DNA of 64,000 nucleotides, taken from positions 1 to 64,000 of the IMG/VR virus record IMGVR_UViG_3300011113_000640; one strand, written 5' to 3'. Shown here one piece after another: positions 18,868-27,619 of this stretch (its first letter is position 1; every line of letters starts with the position of its first letter). The notes beneath the pieces were generated by a model, which worked only from the letters and a program-made list of their open reading frames with translations, ran no database searches and was not told the DNA's origin. The position numbers were made by a program, and so were the translations under genes.

Positions 18868-19775
18868 AGTTCTACCAAGGTTGCACTCAAGTTGATTTCC
18901 TGGTCGGCCACCAAGGGAACATTGACCAAGCCGTTGCGTATGATTATGATGGCCTGATCCTGCCGTTCTGGATCCTTGGCCCACAAGTCCAGGTTGTCAT
19001 ACATCCAGCGGAATATGTCATCGGCTTCTTCGGGAGTGCTTGATTGGCAAATCAATGTTCTGGCTTCTTTGATTTTTCCGTCTTTGAACAGTTGCACACA
19101 GTCCAGTTTCCAATCTCCTGCGGCCTTGTCGGCTGAGCTGGGTGGCACCAGATGACCTGTGGTGCTGTTCTGTTGAGTCAAGTTTAGGCATTTGCGTAGA
19201 TCTGGATAAGTGGCTCGCACGTAGCTGTCAAGAGTATCAATGTCAAATTCCACCTGTTCAGTGACCAGTACCGTGGCCACTCGAGCAGTGAATTCCACCT
19301 GATCAGTTTTGACTATGTGCAGTTGTTGACAACGACTGTGTATGGGTGGAATGATCTTGTTGGGATAGTTACAGGTCAAGATGAATCTCACATGATCACT
19401 GTAGTCTTCCATGAGATTGCGTAGTGCCGGTTGCACACTTTGTGGATTCATGTAGTCAGCTTCGTCGATCAGCACAACCTTGAACGCACCAAAAGGCATG
19501 GTCTGGCAAAATGAAATCAGTTTGTCCACCCACTCGATCTTTCTAGCTTCTTTAGATCCATTGGCCCACATCACATCATATTCGTCGATACCCAGCTCAT
19601 TGATCAGCATTTTGGCCAAGGTGGTCTTGCCTGTGCCAGGGCCACCTGAAAACAACAAGTGCGGAATACTTTTTTCTTTGATCCAACTTTCAACCAGGGT
19701 TCTTTGATTGTGATCCACAAACACATAACCGTCTGCAGTTTTGGGACGGTATTTTTCTACCCAAAGTTCTTTCAT
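18849..19775 (-). CDS. Sliding-clamp loader AAA+ subunit (RFC/T4 gp44-like)
   Basis: WVEKYRP, GPGTGKTT, IDEAD, FILTCN, PIHSRC, YPDLRK. Confidence 0.95.
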   Translation of the reverse strand: MKELWVEKYRPKTADGYVFVDHNQRTLVESWIKEKSIPHLLFSGGPGTGKTTLAKMLINELGIDEYDVMWANGSKEARKIEWVDKLISFCQTMPFGAFKVVLIDEADYMNPQSVQPALRNLMEDYSDHVRFILTCNYPNKIIPPIHSRCQQLHIVKTDQVEFTARVATVLVTEQVEFDIDTLDSYVRATYPDLRKCLNLTQQNSTTGHLVPPSSADKAAGDWKLDCVQLFKDGKIKEARTLICQSSTPEEADDIFRWMYDNLDLWAKDPERQDQAIIIIRNGLVNVPLVADQEINLSATLVELCQLNG

Positions 19776-19954
19776 GAGTTCTGTTCCGCAATGGCAATCA
19801 GTTCGGCCACGACTAGCAACACCGCGGCTGCTTGTATTTCGTAGTAGGCCAAAAATCCAAAGGCCACAATCCTGATGGCGTTTTTACTGAATGTGGCAAT
19901 TTTTCTTAATCGTGATTGTGGTAGTTGTGATTTAGTTGGTTTGGTTAATCCCAT
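19772..19954 (-). CDS. Small membrane protein
   Basis: Two hydrophobic segments and an ATGA overlap with the clamp loader. Confidence 0.6.
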   Translation of the reverse strand: MGLTKPTKSQLPQSRLRKIATFSKNAIRIVAFGFLAYYEIQAAAVLLVVAELIAIAEQNS

Positions 19955-19983
19955 GTGTTTCCTCTTTTGATTTTAGTCTTAAT

Positions 19984-20012
19984 ATTGTAACATACTCTCA
20001 GTTTCAAGTCAA
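19984..20012 (-). promoter_or_regulatory. sigma70-type promoter TTGACT-17-TACAAT
   Basis: Near-consensus hexamers with 17-bp spacing. Confidence 0.65.
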
Positions 20013-20017
20013 GACAT

Positions 20018-20377
20018 TTACTGTTGAAGTTTTTTGCAATTTGAATCTCGCGGATGATCACGGCACCAGCGTTCACGACCACGGCGGTCCTGTTCCTCTT
20101 GACGCAGGCGTTGCCGTTCCTGTTCGTAGTTGGTGCGCTGGGTATCTTTCCTGATTGTATTGTATTCTTGCTGACTTATCTGGCGTGCTGGATCTACCCC
20201 ACACACATCACAGTTTTTCAAAATATAGGCTGGTCGATTAGTACGCTCTCTGGGCTCATGTGTGATCCATACGGCCATGGCCACGATCCATACTACGCAA
20301 CTTAACACAGTCAACCATTGTTGCCATCTAGGCAGATGTTGATACCATTGATATGCTCGTTGTAGGTCTTGTATCAT
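20018..20377 (-). CDS. Membrane-anchored hypothetical protein
   Basis: TM segment, CxxC and a charged coiled coil. Confidence 0.6.
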   Translation of the reverse strand: MIQDLQRAYQWYQHLPRWQQWLTVLSCVVWIVAMAVWITHEPRERTNRPAYILKNCDVCGVDPARQISQQEYNTIRKDTQRTNYEQERQRLRQEEQDRRGRERWCRDHPRDSNCKKLQQ

Positions 20378-20425
20378 CTGCGTCGGAAAAAATTAAAAAA
20401 ATTACGGATTACTGTTTCAATTATT

Positions 20426-20509
20426 GCTGGCTCACGATGTGGACAACGTCCTTGATGCCAGTCACAATCAGGTTGGGGAATTTCTCTACAGAGCGAGCAT
20501 CGCGCCAGC
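20426..20509. ncRNA. Candidate structured RNA (multi-stem junction), intergenic
   Basis: GCTGGC/GCCAGC and CGATG/CATCG closing stems enclose GGAC/GTCC, CTTGAT/ATCAGG and CTC/GAG hairpins. No family recognised. Confidence 0.4.
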
Positions 20510-20510
20510 T

Positions 20511-20732
20511 TTACCGCTTTAATATTTCTACCACTCGTTCTTGTTCCCATGCCTCTTCTCCTACAAAAGTTGGCAATCTTTTATATTCATCTTCTAGCCA
20601 ACATTTTAACATATACAGATCTTTTTTGCAACTGCTACTGGTCCAACCGTCATTGTATGGACTGTGTATTTCAACCAAACTGCTTCGTATGACTGAATAG
20701 GTATCATCTAAATTAGGTTTACGGAATCCCAT
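20511..20732 (-). CDS. Hypothetical protein
   Basis: 73-aa ORF. Confidence 0.6.
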   Translation of the reverse strand: MGFRKPNLDDTYSVIRSSLVEIHSPYNDGWTSSSCKKDLYMLKCWLEDEYKRLPTFVGEEAWEQERVVEILKR

Positions 20733-20751
20733 CAGTGTATTTTCACTTAAA

Positions 20752-21291
20752 TTAAAATTTTAAATTCCAGACATTATTATCAATTACATAATCTAGTGCA
20801 TCAACTACTTGTTCAATTGGTTGTCCTTGATGATCGCTCATTTTTGATTGAAACTTTGAAGGTTCTAGCACACAGTAGGTTCCACAAAATTTACCTTGCA
20901 CCACTCCATATAAGAAACTACTGATTGCATGTTTGGATTCGTTATAAGTCAATCTGGACAAACTTATGTCTGGCCAGCTGGTCCAGTTTGCCGCATTACT
21001 AGATACTACGATTGTTTTTCCTTGGTATTTTTTTTCAATCAGTTGACCAACAAGGTATGCTGGTGCCACGTAATTTACCATCCACATGTTCCATAAATCA
21101 TTATCATAAACACCAGCTGTGATGATAACAACGTCTTTTTGCGACAATAAATTGGCTAGTTGATCGCATTGTTTTTTTTGAGTTAAATCAAATTGTTCAT
21201 GAGTAAACAATTCAATATCATAATTGTTCAAGTTTTTTCTTTGCCATGCCTGTGCCAACTCACCACCGCCTATCAATGCCACTGTTTTCAT
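20752..21291 (-). CDS. Short-chain dehydrogenase/Rossmann-fold NAD(P)-binding protein
   Basis: VALIGGGE, IITAG, VNYVAP, VVSSNAA and YNESK (YxxxK). AT-rich. Confidence 0.75.
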   Translation of the reverse strand: MKTVALIGGGELAQAWQRKNLNNYDIELFTHEQFDLTQKKQCDQLANLLSQKDVVIITAGVYDNDLWNMWMVNYVAPAYLVGQLIEKKYQGKTIVVSSNAANWTSWPDISLSRLTYNESKHAISSFLYGVVQGKFCGTYCVLEPSKFQSKMSDHQGQPIEQVVDALDYVIDNNVWNLKF

Positions 21292-21341
21292 ATGTGTTTC
21301 TCTATGTTATTGTAGGTTTCAAATTTGTTGTGCATCAAAGT

Positions 21342-21491
21342 TTAACTGGGCACTATGTGTGGAATGTAAGGAACGTTTCTAGGGCCGTGACGTTGTTCCA
21401 GCAACATTCTGGCTTCGACCAAATCTCGGGCCCACACACGATCTTTCCGTTCACCTTCGGGTGTGCGCACAGTGGTTTCATACATGGGCAT
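21342..21491 (-). CDS. 49-aa hypothetical protein
   Basis: Hand translation MPMYETTVRTPEGERKDRVWARDLVEARMLLEQRHGPRNVPYIPHIVPS. Confidence 0.6.
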   Translation of the reverse strand: MPMYETTVRTPEGERKDRVWARDLVEARMLLEQRHGPRNVPYIPHIVPS

Positions 21492-21493
21492 GA

Positions 21494-21892
21494 TTAATCT
21501 CTGCTTTGTTTGGGCACATGCACCGCGGTACTCATGGTATCGTCTTTGGGACGTTCCTCACCGTCGGCAATCAGCAGAATGTCATCGGGATCAATTTTTC
21601 GTATGGTTCGTTTGGTCTTTCCAGATCCATCGTCTATGTCTACGCCTCTAGTCCAACGACCGTGTGCTACCAAGATCCACTGTCCTACTTGCACATCCTT
21701 TTGATCCCGGCCCACTGCATACACACGACCCCATCTAGGACGTATGCCCAGGGTAGTACCATTGTCATTGGGCAGGATCAAGCCGCTTTGTGTGATACGG
21801 GTATCAAATTCCATGTCTGAAACTATGACATTGTCGTGCAGGGCTTTGATTTGGTCTTGAGTAATTTGATGTGGTGCAAATGCTGGTTTCAT
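21494..21892 (-). CDS. groES: GroES/Cpn10-like co-chaperonin
   Basis: LHDNVIV..TQSGLILP..WGRVYAVG..VQVGQWILV..DDILLI. Confidence 0.85.
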   Translation of the reverse strand: MKPAFAPHQITQDQIKALHDNVIVSDMEFDTRITQSGLILPNDNGTTLGIRPRWGRVYAVGRDQKDVQVGQWILVAHGRWTRGVDIDDGSGKTKRTIRKIDPDDILLIADGEERPKDDTMSTAVHVPKQSRD

Positions 21893-21900
21893 GGGTCCTC

Positions 21901-22521
21901 TTAGATTTTTCTAAGACCGCTGTCTTGTGCTTTTTGTCTGCGTGTGCGGTCTAATTCTTGTTTGATTTCTCGGCTACGAGCTATAGCCCCTGCTAGGCCA
22001 CCGCCAGATGTGGCAGGAGCAACGTTGCCGGTTGCAGGGCTCTTGACTGGTCTTGCAGGATTTTTTAAATCCACTTCAGGAGCACGAGCCTGTGCTGGCG
22101 TAGGTTGAGGGCTCAAAGGAGGCGTAGATGCCGGGGGTGTAGGTGCCTGGCGTTGTTGAACTGGAGGAGTTTCTACTTGTGGCACGGGAGATGGGGTTGC
22201 TTCAATCACCGGCTCGGGTTGCACATCGTCCACATGCCCGCGACTTTGTATTTGTGTCTCTGGTGTGACCTGAGTTTTGTTTGCACGGTTTTTTCTGCTA
22301 CTGGTTTGCGGTGGAGCAGAACTCACATTGGTACTAGTAGAATCATTGTGCCTTTGAATACGTTCTGTTCTTGTTTCAATGACCTGATTTAAACTGTCAA
22401 TCTTGTCTCCACGAGCATTTACTTTCATGTTACCCACGGCTCGAACATGTTCGTTCTGCAACATAATGGTTCCTAGATCAACCATTTTTCCCTGGGCACT
22501 ACGGTATACTTTGCTGGTCAT
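21901..22521 (-). CDS. Hypothetical protein with Pro-rich linker
   Basis: 206-aa ORF. Confidence 0.7.
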   Translation of the reverse strand: MTSKVYRSAQGKMVDLGTIMLQNEHVRAVGNMKVNARGDKIDSLNQVIETRTERIQRHNDSTSTNVSSAPPQTSSRKNRANKTQVTPETQIQSRGHVDDVQPEPVIEATPSPVPQVETPPVQQRQAPTPPASTPPLSPQPTPAQARAPEVDLKNPARPVKSPATGNVAPATSGGGLAGAIARSREIKQELDRTRRQKAQDSGLRKI

Positions 22522-22547
22522 AATAGATTCCTTGTCTTATTCTTTAT

Positions 22548-23060
22548 TTAACGCAGGAATTCCGTGATATCTAAATTATAGTATAAACTGTCAATCCTAT
22601 GCACACCCAGCTTGTACAGCACAAAACTGGACACGCTGCTACCACGTCCAACGCCCCAGATGATGTTGTTGTCACGCATGACGTCAACTAGATACTTTAG
22701 ATATCGCAATAAATCAAACAAGTCACGTTCTTGATACAGCAGTAGTTCTGCGCCACAGCGTTGCAGTTCGGCTTCGGATTTGCACAGGTTTAAAACATGT
22801 TGCGCTATATCCAGTTGCTGGTATTCATTGGGCATGTACCATTGCTGTTGATTTGCGGCATGCCATTCTGGCACACTTAAAGTGTGGAATCTTTGTTGTT
22901 GAAATCCTGGCACAGGAGTTGCAGTGTTGGGCCAGCGGGTGAGATCCACTGACTGGTCAACGATCATGCCATCAAACACAGAAAAATCTCGGCCTTTCAT
23001 GACTAGATCAACCACGTCGTTTTGGTCAAAGATCAATTCACCAAATTTATTCTGTTTCAT
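22548..23060 (-). CDS. DNA polymerase III alpha (DnaE) fragment containing the GRGS region
   Basis: R..ELLLY...Y..YLVD..WGVGRGSSVSSFVLYKLGVHRID. Ends before the catalytic DxD. Confidence 0.85.
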   Translation of the reverse strand: MKQNKFGELIFDQNDVVDLVMKGRDFSVFDGMIVDQSVDLTRWPNTATPVPGFQQQRFHTLSVPEWHAANQQQWYMPNEYQQLDIAQHVLNLCKSEAELQRCGAELLLYQERDLFDLLRYLKYLVDVMRDNNIIWGVGRGSSVSSFVLYKLGVHRIDSLYYNLDITEFLR

Positions 23061-23655
23061 TGGGTTGTTTGAAATTGGCAAATACAACTACGTTTCCTAC
23101 ATCGGTTTCACTGGGAGTGTCAGTCCAGGCCATGTCAAGATCACGCCAGGCTGTGTTCTGTGCCAGGCTCACAATCTTGTCAGACTCTTCGGACACAATA
23201 TCACTGTGTACCAGGTCGGACGTGGACCACCAAGCAGGCTGTTCAAATCCCATGCTGTCTTCGAAATCACTGTGCAGGTAGGTTATGTTTTCTCCTAGAG
23301 CACTGGCCAGTTCAGTTTCCACTATGTTCATGCGCCCTTCTGTGATGGCATTGAGTTTAAAGTATAGCATGATACCTATGATTTGATCAACTGGTTCGCT
23401 GGGCATTGTGGTCACATTGACACCTGCTGTGGCCAATTTTCTGCAAACTTCTAAATGCTGATGATTCACAAACACAGTGCTGTCTAACTGCGTGTAGATA
23501 AAATATTTGATGCGCTCAAATGCTGTGTTTTGGTCCTCGGCATTTTTGGTTGTGGTGGTCATCCACAGCCTGACACTGTAGTTGTTCATGCGCAACTGGT
23601 CATTGTAATAGATGCCAGCGGTGAAATGCATGTCGTGTTTGAGTCTCACGTTCAT
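23047..23655 (-). CDS. Hypothetical protein, possible degenerate QueD/T-fold
   Basis: FTAG..NNYSVRL..FERIK..LDSTVF parallels the QueD layout but lacks the Zn-binding His residues. Confidence 0.55.
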   Translation of the reverse strand: MNVRLKHDMHFTAGIYYNDQLRMNNYSVRLWMTTTTKNAEDQNTAFERIKYFIYTQLDSTVFVNHQHLEVCRKLATAGVNVTTMPSEPVDQIIGIMLYFKLNAITEGRMNIVETELASALGENITYLHSDFEDSMGFEQPAWWSTSDLVHSDIVSEESDKIVSLAQNTAWRDLDMAWTDTPSETDVGNVVVFANFKQPNETE

Positions 23656-23873
23656 GAAATGTCTATCACATCATTGAAATTGTTGTCAGGATTGGTGCGT
23701 ATTTTTTCTTGGTATTTGACCTGATGGCTTTCTATGGCCATCCTGATTTGATCACACAGATAAGCGTTGCCCATTCGCATGGCTATAGTTAGTTTTTTGT
23801 TCAATTCGGTGATACGATTCAGCAGTTCTTCAGCACTAAGCTCGTCTAGTTTACCGATCAAAGGATGTTCCAT
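23652..23873 (-). CDS. Small helical protein
   Basis: 73-aa ORF downstream of a sigma70 promoter. Confidence 0.65.
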   Translation of the reverse strand: MEHPLIGKLDELSAEELLNRITELNKKLTIAMRMGNAYLCDQIRMAIESHQVKYQEKIRTNPDNNFNDVIDIS

Positions 23874-23879
23874 ACTTAG

Positions 23880-23908
23880 ATTGTACGGAAAAATTTGGGT
23901 TATGTCAA
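23880..23908 (-). promoter_or_regulatory. sigma70-type promoter TTGACA-17-TACAAT
   Basis: Near-consensus. Confidence 0.7.
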
Positions 23909-23917
23909 GCAGTTAGG

Positions 23918-24802
23918 TCAGGCAAACACACAACCGTTGTTGCCAATACAGAACCATTTGCTGTTGATATACTGTAGCGTACAAGCATCTCCAATGGTAT
24001 CAAAGGTTATAGTTCCTGTGCCTGAAGTCTTCCAACCTGCATTGGTCACAGTGATCACCATGTCTCCACCGTCGGCAAACATGGCAAATGTTTTTATCTG
24101 GCCGTTTGCTCCGGCGGCCAAGGTTGCTGTGCTGGGTGCCACAGTGCTGAAATAACTGGTGGCCAATGCCAAATTAGCTGCTGCTGAGGCGGCTAAATTT
24201 TCACTGGAATTATTGAATGGTTGGATTTGTTTGTTGATTTCGTTGACAGTAATGGTGCTTCCACCGTTGCTGGTCACAAATGTAAAACTGTAAACGCCAG
24301 TGGCGGCAAAAGTTATTGTCCTGGTAGACGTGTTGTAACCCTGGATGCCTTGACCGTTGACTGTGACCGCAGCAGGTAACACCAGTGTGTGTATGATGTT
24401 GGCCACTGTGACCTGCACTGTGACCGAGGCAGCAGCGCCAGCGGCTGGAAAATTTGTAAATGCCAGGGTTACCGCACCATTGGTAGTCAAGGTCTGGTAG
24501 CTACCCAACGAATAATTTACAACGGTTGTACCGCTGACTGTGCCCAGACTGACCACGGATTCGCTCATGCCTTGCAACTGAGCATTGCTCAAAATACTAC
24601 CACCCATGTCGTTGTTGAGTGTGGTTCCTGTAAGCGCTGCTTTTAATACAGCTTTGTTTTGCAAATCTGTGATTTCGTTGGCAGCAAACTCAAAATTGGT
24701 TTGTGTGTTGGTAAAATTGTCGCGAAAGCCCTGACTGTTGTTGTCTTGCCCGGCTACCGGGTAATTGCCATCGATGTTATTGGGGTTTATATTACTTGTC
24801 AT
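23918..24802 (-). CDS. Virion structural protein (tail or baseplate associated)
   Basis: T/N/G/A-rich beta-type composition, N-terminal YPVAGQDNNSQGFRDNF, late TAAATA motif. Confidence 0.7.
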   Translation of the reverse strand: MTSNINPNNIDGNYPVAGQDNNSQGFRDNFTNTQTNFEFAANEITDLQNKAVLKAALTGTTLNNDMGGSILSNAQLQGMSESVVSLGTVSGTTVVNYSLGSYQTLTTNGAVTLAFTNFPAAGAAASVTVQVTVANIIHTLVLPAAVTVNGQGIQGYNTSTRTITFAATGVYSFTFVTSNGGSTITVNEINKQIQPFNNSSENLAASAAANLALATSYFSTVAPSTATLAAGANGQIKTFAMFADGGDMVITVTNAGWKTSGTGTITFDTIGDACTLQYINSKWFCIGNNGCVFA

Positions 24803-24845
24803 AAATTTTCCTGTTTTACCTTAGATATTTATCACAGCAAATGGG

Positions 24846-25292
24846 CTATGACCAATAAGTTATTGTTATAGAGCCTGAGCCGCCTGCACTGTTAGGACTT
24901 CCACCATTGGACCCAGAAGAAATCACCGCACCCGACGGTGCCAAACAGTTGCCGTTTTCTCCTGAATATGCACCATCGTCACCGCCATAGGTTAATCCTC
25001 CTGCACCACCAAGTTGGCCACCTCCACCACCTCCGCCACCAGCACCGTCACCACCGCCTTTGCCTTCACCGTAACCGCCATAGGTTGTGCCTGCGTTTCC
25101 GGGCGTGTTTTGATTGGGGCGTCCGGGCGAATACTGCCCACCACCTCCTCCACCTCCGCCGCCAGCGGCCACTGCTACCACGGTTCCATTGACAAAAATC
25201 ACACTAGCGCTGCCACCTCCACCTCCGCCACCGCTGTAACCGGATCCGCCAAAACTGCCTCCTAGTCCGCCTCGATAATCTATGCCTGGCAT
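24846..25292 (-). CDS. Glycine-rich protein, C-terminal half of a Gly-rich adhesin domain
   Basis: SGGGGGGGSASVIF..AVAAGGGGGGGGG..GGSGSITITYW. Own RBS (AGGA). Confidence 0.7.
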   Translation of the reverse strand: MPGIDYRGGLGGSFGGSGYSGGGGGGGSASVIFVNGTVVAVAAGGGGGGGGGQYSPGRPNQNTPGNAGTTYGGYGEGKGGGDGAGGGGGGGGQLGGAGGLTYGGDDGAYSGENGNCLAPSGAVISSGSNGGSPNSAGGSGSITITYWS

Positions 25293-25304
25293 ATTTGTTC
25301 CTGA

Positions 25305-25505
25305 TTAGTTTCTGATTTTCCAAGCAGAGTATGCTTGTATAATTTCATGCTCAGCAAAATTGGTTGTTCCACTGCGAATGTATTCTAGCAACGGCAAATT
25401 AGGTATAACTTTTGTTAAAATATCAGCATTGTCTCTTAGTAGTCTAAACAGGCGATCCTGATCTTGTTTACTTAAATTCATTACATTTTGATCTAGTGTG
25501 TTCAC
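25305..25505 (-). CDS. 66-aa hypothetical protein, part of insert
   Basis: ATGA overlap with the upstream gene. Confidence 0.6.
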   Translation of the reverse strand: MNTLDQNVMNLSKQDQDRLFRLLRDNADILTKVIPNLPLLEYIRSGTTNFAEHEIIQAYSAWKIRN

Positions 25506-26437
25506 AATTTATTACCTTCAATTATTTTTCCCAAGTTGGCTATTAATTTAAACAGCACAAAAACCGGAACCAACATTAGTCCTTTGCCAAACCCAGCTGG
25601 CTTGTTGCTCGGACCGATAACACGTTGCCATACTCCTACTGCTTTGCAAATAGGAACACCTGCGGCTGTGATCATGCGTCCAGTTAAATTATCTTTATCT
25701 TTTTTGCCCATCTTGTAGGCCATGTGTTCTGCCCACGGTGTAGCAATATCTTTTGCCCAGGCAACCGACCAACTCTGTGCTGATACACTGAATTCCGCAT
25801 CTGACATCCAAGGCATCATCTTAGGACCTGCACCGCTCATCCAGTCAACCACAATTTCTGCCCAGGCACGATATCCATTGTATATGTCTGGACGTGTCTT
25901 GAGCAATTCTGCTCCAAATGCTTGATCTGCTTCGTAGATTTCTTTGTCCATTAGGCCAAGTTCGTATAGCTTGGTGCAAATAATCTTGCCGCCACCACCG
26001 CCACCACCGCCACTGCCACCTGCGCCTCCACCGGCGCCCACATATAAATTAATTAGGTCTCCTGGGTTGGCTGCAAAAGTTCCACCAGTTACCGTCAAAC
26101 CCGGATAGCCAGAAATACCAGGATAACTGTCCGGTCCGCCACCGCCACCACCTCCGCCAGTCATGCTGGTTATTGTAACATTACCAATCACTGTCAAAGG
26201 CAACACAATGATATTGTCACCGGTGTTGGTCACTGTCAAAGTGGTCTGGATTCCTTTTCTTGCTCCATAAAAATCGCTGATAGAAATTTGTCCGGATGCC
26301 GGCACATTAGGGGCGTAATCAGTGTCCAGCACATAAGCACCACCTTTGTAATACATACTCAGGCTAAGTGGACTAGATCCACCAAATTCTGTCTGTATAT
26401 CAGTGAGCGAAAGTGGTCCAGAGCTGGGCAAGGCCAT
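25502..26437 (-). CDS. Tail-tip adhesin-like protein: attachment-type N-terminus, Gly-rich region, then a helical KIICT domain
   Basis: MALPSSGPLSLTDIQTEFGG..SLSMYY..ISISDFYG; GGGGGGGG-KIICTKLYELG. Confidence 0.7.
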   Translation of the reverse strand: MALPSSGPLSLTDIQTEFGGSSPLSLSMYYKGGAYVLDTDYAPNVPASGQISISDFYGARKGIQTTLTVTNTGDNIIVLPLTVIGNVTITSMTGGGGGGGGPDSYPGISGYPGLTVTGGTFAANPGDLINLYVGAGGGAGGSGGGGGGGGKIICTKLYELGLMDKEIYEADQAFGAELLKTRPDIYNGYRAWAEIVVDWMSGAGPKMMPWMSDAEFSVSAQSWSVAWAKDIATPWAEHMAYKMGKKDKDNLTGRMITAAGVPICKAVGVWQRVIGPSNKPAGFGKGLMLVPVFVLFKLIANLGKIIEGNKL

Positions 26438-27609
26438 TATAAAGTTCCAAAACCAGTGACGTTTCCGATAGTGGTAAAATTACCAGATGAATCTAGTTTG
26501 GCTATGTTTACACCGCTTCTTTGGAAATACAGAGCACCACTTATTTCTCTAAATGTCCATGTTGGTAGATTCAGAAGAGCGCCAGACACGTTTCCTGCTG
26601 TGCTCATTGATGCGCTGGCATTCAACGATGTCACGGCAATTGTTCCGCCAGTTATGGCCACATTATTGGCATATTGATTTATTTGATTGTTCACAAACGC
26701 AGTGGTAGCCACTTGATTGTTTGCAGTTCCTGTTACTGGATTGGGTGCGGTTACCAATCCTGACAGTGCAGTGGTTCCTGTTACTGCAAGGTTTCCACCA
26801 ATGGAGGTGTTTCCACCAATGGAGGTGTTTCCACCAATGGTAGCATTTCTTGTTACGGATATATTGCCAGTGGAAATAATATTACCTTGTGCAGTTATCA
26901 CTCCTAGCACTGTGAGTACATTAGAACCTTTGTTGTAGGTCAACCCGCCAACTGCATCAACGTTACCACTGGTATTGAATAAAACCTGCGTGTTAGAACC
27001 AGGAGCTCCTACGATGTTGCCTACAATGCTGCCTTGGAATGCACCAATGAAAAATGCATCGGTAATGATATTTCCCACAGCTGAAACCGCGGTCTGTGCC
27101 AACACACTGCCTGTGGTGCTGATATCAGCTGCTGCATTTATACTACCAATTGCGGTTATATTTGCACCCGAAATATTGCCACTTGCTGACATTATGCCAG
27201 CGGTGATAAGATTGCCAGCTGTCAAAGAACCTGTGGCAGAAATTGCACCGGTACTGGTTATTGCGCCAGAGGCTGTTACCGCCGCCACTGTTAAATTTCC
27301 TCCCACATTGGCATTCAATGCCACAGTCAAGGATGCTCCGGCAGTGACATTTCCAACTGCTGAAACGAACCCAGTGCTGAAAATGTTTCCAGTGGTCAAA
27401 CTTTCTGTGCTGACAATGTTTTCAGTGAAAATACTTCCGGACACAGATAAATTACTCAAGATTCCTACCGCAGTGATATTGGCCTGCACAGGATTGATCA
27501 CGGTGCCAGCGGTATTTGCGAAACCTGGAGTTACTGCAAAATTAGCATCCAGCTGGCTCAGTGGAATTGGGCTGGATTCGGTGCCAAAAGTGTATGGAAC
27601 TTGGGTCAT
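26437..27609 (-). CDS. Tail fibre-like protein with G-N-I/V repeats
   Basis: Repetitive GN[IV]xT/S motifs. Confidence 0.75.
   Translation of the reverse strand: MTQVPYTFGTESSPIPLSQLDANFAVTPGFANTAGTVINPVQANITAVGILSNLSVSGSIFTENIVSTESLTTGNIFSTGFVSAVGNVTAGASLTVALNANVGGNLTVAAVTASGAITSTGAISATGSLTAGNLITAGIMSASGNISGANITAIGSINAAADISTTGSVLAQTAVSAVGNIITDAFFIGAFQGSIVGNIVGAPGSNTQVLFNTSGNVDAVGGLTYNKGSNVLTVLGVITAQGNIISTGNISVTRNATIGGNTSIGGNTSIGGNLAVTGTTALSGLVTAPNPVTGTANNQVATTAFVNNQINQYANNVAITGGTIAVTSLNASASMSTAGNVSGALLNLPTWTFREISGALYFQRSGVNIAKLDSSGNFTTIGNVTGFGTL
26791..26840. repeat. 18-bp tandem repeat (about 2.8 copies) encoding IGGNTS
   Basis: GTTTCCACCAATGGAGGT twice plus 14 bp. Confidence 0.9.
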
Positions 27610-27619
27610 AATTATTGAT

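Noticed and set aside
20426-20509. TPP riboswitch, hammerhead ribozyme or tRNA
   Set aside because: It has GAGAAAU.CCC..ACCUGAU but no upstream GGGG for P2 and no P5 loop. There is no CUGANGA/GAAA order with proper stems, and no T-loop or CCA.
25293-25990. Intein or group I/II intron interrupting the Gly-rich gene
   Set aside because: The insert starts with K rather than C/S, looks helical rather than Hint-like, and ends in stop codons. No intron core or homing nuclease was recognisable. It is kept as an unexplained insert.
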